A stretch of DNA of 64,000 bases. It comes from Bigelowiella natans CCMP2755 (Eukaryota; Protista; Cercozoa). The position numbers were made by a program, and so were the translations under genes. How positions within the stretch are numbered: the stretch's first letter is position 1; every line of letters begins with the position of its first letter. The DNA is taken from assembly GCA_000320545.1 (NCBI GenBank), contig ADNK01001082.1, positions 111,296 through 175,295 of the forward strand. The letters run 5' to 3'. A model generated the notes under the pieces. The model was not told where the DNA came from. It saw nothing but the letters and a program-made list of their open reading frames with translations, and did no database searches. Below, piece by piece: positions 43,493 through 55,350 of the stretch.

Positions 43493-43828
43493 ATGAGCTC
43501 ACTGGACAACGTCGTATTCAACCAAGGCCTTGGCTTTGATGACGAGGAGAAGACAGCTCCATCCTCTGAAATTCACATTAGAAACCAGCAGCGTAATGGA
43601 AGAAAAAGCTTGACAACAATATCTGGCCTCCCAGATGATCTTGATCTGAAAAAGATCCTGAAATGGATACGGAAGCTATACTCCACCAATGGTACTGTGA
43701 AGGAGGACAAGATCCACGGAGAGGTCATCCAAGTGCAGGGTGATCTTCGTAGTGAGATCGAGAAATTTTTAGTCGACTATAAGGTGTGCGGAAAAGAAGA
43801 AATCAAAGTACATGGTGCTAGCATCTAA
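43493..43828 (+). CDS. SUI1: Translation initiation factor eIF1 (SUI1), intronless CDS, probable 5'UTR intron ~43351-43483
   Basis: IHIRNQQRNGRKSLTTISGL...DLKKILK...NGTV....GEVIQVQGD.R...IKVHG. Confidence 0.96.
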   Translation: MSSLDNVVFNQGLGFDDEEKTAPSSEIHIRNQQRNGRKSLTTISGLPDDLDLKKILKWIRKLYSTNGTVKEDKIHGEVIQVQGDLRSEIEKFLVDYKVCGKEEIKVHGASI

Positions 43829-44919
43829 TTGGGTGGTCGTTCATACACGTTGTGATGAATGTCAAGTTGAAAGAAAAGAATGTAATGAAACCAAATCACT
43901 TGCTGATCGTAAGATATTACTAGCCAGTGTGGTGTAAAAGTCTATGTATCGAATCAAAATAACAAATTATGGAAGACAGTGCTGCTGTTGAGATTCTTAA
44001 CCTGATTATCAAGATATATTAAATTCGAAACCTGTCTATACAATTATGTAGCACGGGGTGATAGGCAATTTTTATCGTGATCTCTTATTTTCCGTCGCGC
44101 CCCGCCAATAAAAATTGGGCATACACATAAAACGGTCTGCGATGTAAATTGTGCAATAATAGCTAGCATGCAGAGATGCATACGCTATCTAGCTAGCTAG
44201 CACTACGACTGACTGTGCGCGTGCGATCGATCCGGCCGATCATCACACTCTAGCTAGCATCTAGCCCAATTAAATGTGCAAGCGCTAGCGACATTTCTAG
44301 ATGTCTAGATGTGCTTATGCTAAGATGAATTGTGCAATAGTCTAGCAGTTATTAAAAAGCAAAAGGGACGACACTACTAGTAGACTATGCGACATACGCA
44401 TGATGTAGACGATCGCCGTCGTTTTATGCATTGTCTCACATTGCGTCTATATATCTACATAGCGGGCGCGCGCGCTGCAACGACAACTGGTCCAGTGGTC
44501 AGCAGTTTGCGTTGTGCATTGGCACTGCGTATTGACACCTACAAATAAATTATTGTGGCAAGCTAGCAAGATAGCAATGACGAAGCATGTGACGAACCCT
44601 CGCGCGTCCTCCATCTCTAGATCTAGCGAGCTAGCTAGGTCCTGTCGATCACGCATACAGATATCACATTACGTTGTCTATAATGCAGCTCGTACGCAAT
44701 GTTAGATTAATTTAGAAAGCCTGCTGTTTTGCATATCTCTAGATCTGCGTACGATGTAGCACATGCTATGCATATATGCATGCAAGCATAAATGTTGTAA
44801 TGAAGTTCTAGCTACATATATGCTAGATTACATAAGGATGGCACATCTAGACACATGATCGGATCGAATTTCTTTGCCAGTACCATTCAGCTTGGTTATT
44901 TTGCTAGTTGCCAGTCGTC

Positions 44920-46040
44920 TTAAGGAGACCCGGCAGAACTACAGTGATGTATATACACACATTTATAAAACGCAAATATTTGCAATTCCAACTGTCGATC
45001 GTTGTCAGATCACGTGGAGCTGATATTTAGTAGGAATATGTAGTACCTTCTATAACTGGCGCGTCTATGCACTTCTCTTATTGTCCGCTCACTAGCACCT
45101 CCACGTCTAAAGGCTTCAACCTCCAGTAGTATCAGTATTAGTAGTTGTAGTGTTAGTTCAAGTTGTAATAGAAATAGATGATGTCACAAAACGGAAGCTA
45201 ATCAAAATCCATTCACAGATTGAGCAAGCTTTTGAGACGAAATAGTGTTTGAGACAAAATAAACTCATTACTATCTCGACGATAACATTGGTCCTTTTAT
45301 CCGGGGCTCAAAAAGGTATCAACAGCAATATTCCAACCACGATCGGCACTACTACTCTGCTATCACCTCCATTGTCCATTATGAATTCCGACGCGTATTA
45401 CAACTACTACCACATACTACTACTATTGCTACTACCACTCTCTCTGGGTGACTAGGACAACAGTTATGTATTGCCTTGCCCTGTGGATGAGGAAGGGGGT
45501 TGTTTAAGGGGAGGAGAAGAGGACACTAGAATGGGGGAAGAAGGCTTGGATATGTAAACGCACTTGTACACTTGCGACAATGGTAATAATAATACCACGC
45601 GCAACCAACACATGCACACTCACTCACGCACACACACACACGTGCTCGCATGCAGTATACGCTACAATTACCATAGTGACGTGAAACCACTCGAAGATAA
45701 GTGTCGATTCCAGAATAATCTGTATGAAGGCGCTTGCCATCGTTACCTTGCAGGAAAAACAAACAATCTCACCAAAAGCCAAGAACGTAAGATTCTCAGC
45801 TTCGTTATTGATCTTATCACGTATCAACTTTCTCTACTCCTCTTTTTAAGGAAAGAGGACGTGCAAAAGAACATGGACAAACACATACATATACCATACA
45901 TATTATGTATGAATATGTATTATGTATCAATTGGGGCATTGCATAACGAGTAGCCTGCTATATTTTCTCTGCTATATTTTCTAAATTGAGCTGTGAAATA
46001 CAGCATTGTGCATATAAATCATAAGAACTGATAAGTGTAT

Positions 46041-46097
<57 letters not shown>

Positions 46098-46107
46098 CTA
46101 GAGCGAG

Positions 46108-46150
<43 letters not shown>

Positions 46151-47049
46151 ATTATGTACTATCTTTTCTCATAAAACAACAAATGCCATAAAAGCAGCAC
46201 ACGACCCTATCGCCAGCCTCATTCACAATATTGAGATCAATGTCAAATGCTGCCACTAAGAGCCTGGTTGATTCATCAATGATCCAAGCGATATTAGTAA
46301 CAATAGCTTTCCGTGATATCAGTAACAATAGCTTTCTACTTTTATTACACATAGTCAGCTTCATCAAGAAAATCATCCCATTCGATGTTCTTCCGCGTAA
46401 TTCGTTCAATATGCATGCAGAATACTTACTCTTTTCCACCACATATGCCCCTCTCTCCCCCCCGCATACACATCGCATACTCGAAACGTTCATATTGTAT
46501 TTTGCGTGTGAGAGGGCGTGGGTATCTACCTAATGAATGTGATGAAGTTCAACACGCCGATCAACACGTTCCAGCTGTTGTAGCATGCGATTCTACGCCG
46601 ACACGTTTTCTGTAATTATGCACGCACATATTGGCAGAATAACTGAGAATCAATGGTTATAAATGCCGCCAACAACCCAACAGGTTTTTTGAGTGCATCG
46701 AGGTATTAGTTGACCCTGACGAATGCCTTGGCCAGTATGATAGCGTAGACGAAACATGGAGGGTATCTGACACATATGATGATTATGATGATGGTGGTGG
46801 TGGTGATGATGATGATGATAATTGCGTTGTTTGTAGAATTTTATGTACAACCAAAAGCATAGACATGTCTTGTGGACAAGATTGAAATCAAAAGTGCGGC
46901 TGACTACCCAGAGAGAGTGATGCAGAAGCGTACCAAGTAATATGGATTCTAACAACAATCAAGGGGAAGAGAGAGAAAAACCCATAATCAAAATGTCCTG
47001 TGCATTGCTAAAGATTTAAGTACTCGAAGGTAAGATCGATATACGGGGT

Positions 47050-47131
<82 letters not shown>

Positions 47132-47633
47132 TATGTGAGTGACTTTGCCTATATATATGAGCGAGCGATGTAGAAAATTTCGACTGCTACTAGCAGAAAA
47201 TGTTAATAAGTATAGTAAAAGCAATAACCTGCATTGCTATGACCATTTCTATGCACAGCATCGCTCCCCATATTATCCCTGCAATATCCCGACGTGAAGT
47301 CGCAAGAACATGTCTCAAGAACATCAATCAAGAGCGAGAGGAGTCAGATTGAATCTCTCTTTAAAATGTTGTTATAAATTGGCAGAACGGAACCCATCAA
47401 ATGATGTATGCCCTACGGGATTGCTGTTGTTTCTGTAATAATCCCATTGGGATTGACAAAAGTGAGTGCTAGTAGTAGTAATAGTACTAGTAGTAGTAGT
47501 AGCAGTAATAGTAGTAGTAGTAGCAGTAATAGTAGTGTCGGTAGTAGTTCTCAAACCTGGGAAAAGTAGTTCCCTTAACCCTAATAATCCCCATCTGTTC
47601 AATACGATGCATACACACAGTCTCACGTGCAAA

Positions 47634-47672
<39 letters not shown>

Positions 47673-48219
47673 GGGGGGGGGGGGGGGGAGATTCAGATGT
47701 AAATGAATGCAGCCTACACGCATTCTTCGTCGCCAAATATCTGAGCCATGACCATTAAGCAGGAAAACGTCAAAGCCTATACAACAATTATACAACAATT
47801 ATAACAGCAGCACACATGCAAAGAGAAGCAGGGGAACATCAACATCATTGCGCTACATCAGCATCGCCATCCTCCTCTCATATAAAACTCATCGAATCAT
47901 CCCTGACTGACCGCGGCAAAAAACACCCATAGCCACCAATAGGGACACTGATCGCTCATCTCCAACGTGAATGTAGAGCACAGCGCTAGCTTTCCCCGAT
48001 GACCATACATGAGCCAAGAATACTGAATACCCAAGTAACGAAGACAGCATATTTATTCGATATTGGAATGAATACAACATGGATCAGGTGATATAGTGAG
48101 CACTACGTCGGATGGTACCTAGAAGTATGCGAAGAGTACCAGCTTTACATCTTAACCCCAATTCACCTCAATTTACATCTTAACCCCAATTCTCCCCCCC
48201 TCTCTCTCTGCGCGCACAA

Positions 48220-48286
<67 letters not shown>

Positions 48287-48557
48287 CGTACATGTAATAT
48301 CATGGTTTGGTGGTAATTTCTATCTACTCCGTTCTTCTCCCCCCCCTTCCTCCTCCTCCTCCTCCTTCCTCATCATTCCATATTTGCAATAAGTACCGTG
48401 AGGAAGAGAAGCGTGTGGAGACTGTAGAAGCTCAGAAATCTGACAAGTAATTAAATACTCATTGACCGATCAATGCAGTAAGTAGCTTGGCCATTGATAA
48501 CATTTAAAATAATGCACTCAGCAATGTGTAGTTAGATACCAAACACGCTTACCGCTG

Positions 48558-48595
<38 letters not shown>

Positions 48596-49288
48596 GTTCT
48601 TCACCCAAAAACATGTTTGATGTATTTATCTGCATTATTCCAACAAAGCATTGCGGCAAGGCATTACGCAGGATTTCCCCAAGCAGCTTTGTAAACCAAA
48701 TCTAGGCGATCTTTCTCATCGTAGTAATCCTTCGCATCGCAAATTCCTCGCTCTTTTTCTACTTTTGTATCCTGAGAACGAAAACGCTGTATATCAGCTT
48801 GGTATTCATGCTTCGATGTAACGCCTAGTTAGTAAAAAATGAGATAATCTTAAACCGTATAGTGTCCGTTTGGAGAATTGCTTTCACGCGTAATAAGTGG
48901 TGACGCTACTACTCCATCCTTTTCTGCCCCCCCCCGCAATAGTAGGCACGTGGTAGCAGCAGCCTCAGTTTCAACTGCCAATAATGAGTCATAGTCATTA
49001 CTTTGAATGAGGTGTATACTGGGAAAAAAGAGTGACTGTTGAGTTCATGCTACCATCTATGAGAGAATCGATTATTTCGTTTCCAGGCTGATTAGGGAGG
49101 GGAGGAGAAGAATGTAAGTGCCAGGTTTCATGCCATTTCCATGCGTGCATGGCATGTTCGCAAGTGACCGGCATGGCAAGTGCGGCTTCATCCTTCACCC
49201 CGTGCGCAGCTTGAGCGTTTCTTTGCTCTCTCATAATCTCCTCGCCAATGCTCTGTAACCCACGCTCTTCCTCTCCCATCGTCGCCAT
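44920..49288 (-). CDS. Unknown multi-exon, probably multi-pass membrane protein
   Basis: GT-AG-bounded exons: MATMGEEERGLQSIGEEIMREQ.., DAKDYYDEKDRLDLVYKAAWG, CPYWWLWVFFAA, ALTFSCLMVMAQIF, IAGIIWGAMLCIEMVIAMQ, WNVLIGVLNFITFI and ASAFIQIILESTLIFEWF. No family recognised; 3' end approximate. Confidence 0.55.
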
Positions 49289-49769
49289 CCCTCCGAATCC
49301 GGGCAGTTTGAGAGGTGAATTTCGGAATATTTCAGCATTTTTTGGTTGTCGTACCTTGCAAATCGTGGCAATTTCGACCTTAATCGAGCTTCTCATTCAT
49401 TTAAATTTGAAATTTTCAAACAAGGAACGGATGCAGCTGTGGGTTCTCGGCGATCCACTCGTTTGGCACAAAAAGATTGTATTTTTCTTTGCGACAACGC
49501 GATCATGTCTGTCGCTATCCATAAATAACATGTTTTAAGGTGTTTCCCGATTTGACGGGAAAACATCTGCTCTATTTTTGCCTAAATCAAGACAGACTCC
49601 AGTGCTCAAACATGGGGTTCGTCGGGTGGGCTAGGGCTACGCGTCTGGTTCTGAGCCTGGCGATTACACTTCCCCTCTCATTAGGGAAGAGCCTTTTCAG
49701 GCTTAGGTATACTGTATAGATAGAGGATGCTGCATTCGTTTGCGCACGTATCTAGGGTATTCGAGAACA

Positions 49770-50710
49770 ATGGGGTCAGCGACGTGAGCGTATGACTCAA
49801 CGCACGCACGAGGCATCATCATACACTTACCATACTGTACATTAAGATCCTTGGAGAGCATCCCCGCATCGAAACAATGGCAGCAGCCTCATCCGCCAGA
49901 AATATATGGGCGAGGACGATTTCATCACCATAGCAGCACGGGCAGTCTTCAGCTACATCATGATGATGGTTCACCCAGAAACTACTTAATCCGAAAAATG
50001 CGACAACTCCGCTCGAGGTGCGCGCGAACACCAGAACTTGCTTTCCTTATACTAAGAACCATAGTTTGTGATAGTAACGAAAATATATATATCTCATCGA
50101 GCAGGGGGGTTGAGCAGAGAGTCGTACATGAAAATCATCGTCACGACATTCAAGAAAAAGCTGATTCGGTAGTAGCAAAAGTAGGAGTGGTTGTTGTGCG
50201 AACACATGTTGCTTTGTTGATTACGAATCGACATGTGTTTAGCACCCTGAGAGATTGAGAGGACACGACGATCAAGCACGTACATTTGAGAATTTGTGCT
50301 TTGAATGCTGTCCGTTCATAATTAGGGCTACGGCATTTTGACTGTCGCATTCGTCATCTTCATGGACATTCTCTACTATTCATTTCCTTTGCCCCTCCTT
50401 CCCAATCATCTTAAGACATACGGACTTGGAAGGTGAGAAACGGAATGATATTTTCAGATCGATGCGAACAATCGTTGTACGTGATAGTGAGGTTTAGCGC
50501 CCATCACTCATCTGGAACAATAACAACGACGACTCGACAATCGTGCATGGATATTTGATCATTAGCGATGGTTTATGCACCATCCACGTATAATAAAAAC
50601 GAATTCTAATTGAATTTAGTCCTGAAGTCGGCCAGCTTGCGGCATCAGCATCTACGTCATCACTTGTAGCGGTATCCCCCCCCCCTCCCCCTCTCTCTCT
50701 CACTGTACAT

Positions 50711-50751
<41 letters not shown>

Positions 50752-50778
50752 ATAATATCATGCTTCATCGGTGTATTG

Positions 50779-50815
<37 letters not shown>

Positions 50816-51064
50816 ATTTATAATAGGAAAAGTACATGATGCGAACATTGTAATAAATGCATGCTGCGAGCATTGTAAAAAGCTCATTTCTCATGCTTTG
50901 GTCAGGGATTAAGTATAGTTCTAATGCAGCGTTTGTCCGGGTAGAAGATGATGAATAACATATACCTCTTGTACACGTAACAAAATCCACTATTTTAAGC
51001 AACGACTAAACCGACCTAGCTTCTCTTTTTCTCTCTCCCTTTTTCCCAATACAATGATAATATT

Positions 51065-51102
<38 letters not shown>

Positions 51103-51579
51103 CATAAATATATGAATCGTAATATAGCGGAGCTGCGCTTGGGAAGAAGCGCCAGTACAGACTACTAGCCTTCGGGTATATATAAGAGCAGAAAATGAGA
51201 AGAAACTTGCAATGTGATGATGCTAGAACGGAAGAAACCAGAGCATGCTGATGAACATGCTCAGGCCATACGACAGATACACTGCTGCAGCTTCATCTTG
51301 ATAAATAAATAGTAGGAAACACATCGATAACAGATGAGTTGATTGTCATTCTCTTATTTTCTTATCCAAATCCAACATTGCAGTATTCGAATATTATTAC
51401 TTAGAAACCATTATTGACACACACCACGTGCAGAATATGACTTTCTGCAATGGATGATGTGCTCCTCTCACCATCACTATCTGGTTCTATTTCCGTGTTT
51501 ACCAGGTCTCTGATGTATATTCTGGCATCGATCGCAGTCATCGTAATATCATCTAATATATAGATATAAAAAATACGTA

Positions 51580-51631
<52 letters not shown>

Positions 51632-51654
51632 ACACACATATACCTACATGTACT

Positions 51655-51689
<35 letters not shown>

Positions 51690-53354
51690 TTTATATATTA
51701 TTATATATTGGTGTTTTTGTTCTCAGATTGATCCTGGATACAACACATTACTGATATCAAGAATAATCATGGTAATTCATCACTGTGGTTATTCCATAGC
51801 ACGACTGCACACAGCTTATCTTTTTTTACATATGCGTTTTTATTTCAATGACAGGGAGGCGTCTCACAAGTCTGTTGGGTCTTTGCATTAGGTCAAATTT
51901 AATATGAGTGATGTGTTGATGCTGATAATGTTAATGCTGTTGTTAGTGTTCATATATCGATGTGGAAAACAGTGTGCTTGAGTGTCGAATATACATTTAC
52001 ACACAGACAGACACATAGACAGATAGACACACAAACACACAGCAAGAAAGGAAGAGAGAGAGGAGGAAGAAATCAGTCTAATTTCTTCATGTAATAATAG
52101 CACTAGCCTCGACCCAACACGCAGCGATATTCGGCATAAAGGTACGCAATGTTTATGCGTTTGACACATATGCAGCGAATGAATCAAAAGATGTAAAAGC
52201 TGTTTGTTTCACATAACACAAGTGTATCTTTTACTTTTTACTAATTTGGTGTCACTCATGTCTTATATGTTAGGCTGTCGCATGGCTAATGCTCGGTAAT
52301 TCTGCTGGAGAATTAGCGGGTAATTGATGACTAACCAGTAGGAAATTCTTGGTCAGATAGTATTCGAGCGTTGTCCTAGTAAACGCCTTTCTACATGTGT
52401 ATTGTGTGTATATTTACGTGTGTGTTCGTATCAGGTCCATTGTTCGGAGCGATGACATATGATTGGAACAATCTCGGTGCGTTGTGCTCTGATTGACCAT
52501 TTTTTTTTGTTATTTTCAAAAACTATGTAGTTTTTCTGTTCTATACCTCTACATTCTCCTGCTGTTGAATGTGTCGATATGGTTTGATATGCTGTTGGTT
52601 TTATAGCATCTTGTATGCCCCAGGGTATTCCGTACGAAATATGCGTGTGTGTATGTGTGTGTGTGTGTGTGTGTGTGCGTGCGTGTGTGCACGTCAACTA
52701 TTACATATAATGTAATAAATGCTTTATTTGATAACATTTTGACCTACTTGTGAATAAAGGATTAAGGCCACCGTACATAATCTCTTCAGCACTGATGTAC
52801 GTGCGAAATAATCCATTCTCGGATAGCGAATCCGTTGTGATATGTAATCTCTTTCTAAATGTTCAATAAACTTAAATTCAATATACTCAATGTTATTAGG
52901 CTACTGTGCACATTTTCGTTGTCGTTCATGGCTGTAAAGACAAAACCGGACCGCATTTTGCCTGTAGAAGGCTCCTTCGCTATCTCGAATTCCACGGAAC
53001 TCATGGGGCATCCGACGCCCACTCAAGATGTTAACAGGAGCAAGAAAACGAACCTTCTTTCTGACAAATACCTTCTCATATCTTCGGTATGATGCGAACT
53101 AACCACCATATAATTGCTTTACCTGCATGAAAAATGACTACTCTGCTTGTATTGCATTCGAATATATCATTTAAGATGGTTTCAAGCGAAAAATGTATGA
53201 TAGCTGTTCTGTACTATTCCCTCGTTTCTACGGAGAGCTGATTTTAATGCGTGGTGGGTGGTGGCGAAAATTAGGGTCTTGCAGCAATGGCCGGAGGAAT
53301 GGTTTCTTCTTCATATATTTTCTATCTTCCTAAATGTCCAAAAACTGTTTGTAA

Positions 53355-53392
<38 letters not shown>

Positions 53393-55192
53393 TATAAATA
53401 GATGTAAATTGATTTTCAATAATGTGTCTCCAAACATCTATTGCACAAGTACTAAGCTCTATGCAATGCATTCAGTTGCCCCCAGTGCAGTGATTTTCCG
53501 AGCATTTTGAACAATTACTCACAGGTTAGAGGCTCTTTAGACACGTTGTTGCCGATATTTCTCACTGAGATGCACGATGCTTCTGCGAAGCAAATCGGCC
53601 GAGTTTTTGGCCTCGCAACGATAACATTTACCATTGGTTCGGTTATGGCTGGTAGTTTGTTGTTCCTTCTCCCTTTTGACCTATATCACATATGCATCAA
53701 CCACACACAAACACGCTCATTTAATTTGGACTGGGCATATTTGTCAACAATTTAAGGGAAATAAGCATATCACACGTACATCAAACATTCATTCAGCCAC
53801 ATTTGAACAATTGATTTCGACGGGGTATAAATATTGTAAAATCAAGGGAAAATAGCGAGGCTATCTGTGACGCAATCCAGCATCGTAGCGTCTTGTATCG
53901 GAGTTTTGTGTGGTAAATCCAAAATATTTCTTCTTGTCATTCATGCAAATCTGATGCATTTATTTTCTTTCCATAGTCCTTATAATCTAAGTACAAATAA
54001 CGTAGAATTGTTGACGTTATATTACCATGTTCTTATTCCATACAGCACTGGTGCTTTCCCCGCCCGTTGTGGCCCAGACAATGATAGCCACCTCTGTGAT
54101 ATTCGCGTTGATATGTGGCTTATCTGGCTTCTTGGGAGTGGTCAGTATACACCATACAATGTTATTGCATGCAGCATTTCAAGTCCGAACTTATGTATGA
54201 GCTTATTCTCCCGAACTACCTATTAAGTCACACAATTAAACACGTCTTCTAAACTATGTCACTTGTGTTTAAATGACAGAGTATCACCACATCGATTCAA
54301 CGTTACGCGAATCGCCTAGGTTGCTACACTGAAATTGGAATTAGATTGCAATGCACATTTATATATCACGCACAACCAAGTATTCACGTGGATAATTAGT
54401 CATGTGGATGATTCAATTGTATTTCATGATGCAACTTTTCCCTTTACATTGAGTTTATGTAATTTTTCGATGTTCAGGGAAATCTGAGGAAGCTATGGGG
54501 TTTGAACTCCCCACTCAAAAAATGAAGAAAAATATCTTAAAACTGGAGATTCGAAATGAGAATAATAAGATTAATTATTAGGCAGTGATAGAACAGGCAA
54601 TACCAAACGCATAGATTCAGCTCCATGTTGTTTAAAGATTATCGCATTGCAATCTTGTTTCTTACATAGTCTCAGTGCATTAATCTGGACAGCAGCTTTT
54701 GCTCTCGGAGGGTGAGACAGTGATCATCCTATGTTTCGATTTAATTTCTCAATCGTGGTGGTTTGAGCATTGCCCATCACTCAGAAGTCAATTAGTGCAT
54801 GCACATAGCAGAAGATGATAGAAATGGCGATACAATTTTGGGTTTCGGTCATCATCTTGCATGCATCTGAGCATGACTTTCTCCTTTCCATTTCAGTAGA
54901 ATGTGGCATCGACCACACCAATGTGAGCTAGATGTTTTTCATTGAAATTTTAGATTTTTAGCCAGTGGAGCTACAGACACTACCAGCCACCAGCAGCGCC
55001 TTTTGGTAACTTATGGTTTTCAACAATGTGAGAACTGAATGCTTGCTGTTTCGAAATCAACGCGAGAAATGCACATTGTTGATCAAAATTGGCGCACAAT
55101 TGAAAACTCAGATGGCTCTTGGCATCACAAACATCGTTTATGCCAACATTCACCTTTGGACTTTGCGGAATGAAGAAACAAAGAACAAGTGA
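49770..55192 (+). CDS. Major facilitator superfamily transporter, multi-exon
   Basis: Hydrophobic exons EVGQLAASAS, GGVSQVCWVFALG, AVAWLMLGNSAGELAGPLFGAMTYD (motif C-like), RGSLDTLLPIFLTEMHDASAKQIGRVFG and SALIWTAAFALGG. Last exon MALGITNIVYANIHLW...NK*. 5' exons uncertain. Confidence 0.75.
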
Positions 55193-55350
55193 CGTAGGCA
55201 GTCTCAGTGTAGCGACAGGATCGACAGTCAGACTCTAACAAACAACACCACGTCTAGACGTGTTCATCATCATCTGGTCGTTTCAAAAGTTGGTTGAACT
55301 TTGAGAGCAGCGCGTAACCACGGTGCTTTTGCAGCAACGTTGCCATTTAG

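Noticed and set aside
46041-46146. Compound (CA)n(TA)n(GA)n repeats as evidence of TA>CA conversion
   Set aside because: Such compound microsatellites are common in many genomes and can arise by slippage; not diagnostic.
48144-48192. Direct repeat tttacatcttaaccccaattc x2
   Set aside because: Two-copy local intronic duplication; not a CRISPR or telomeric array.
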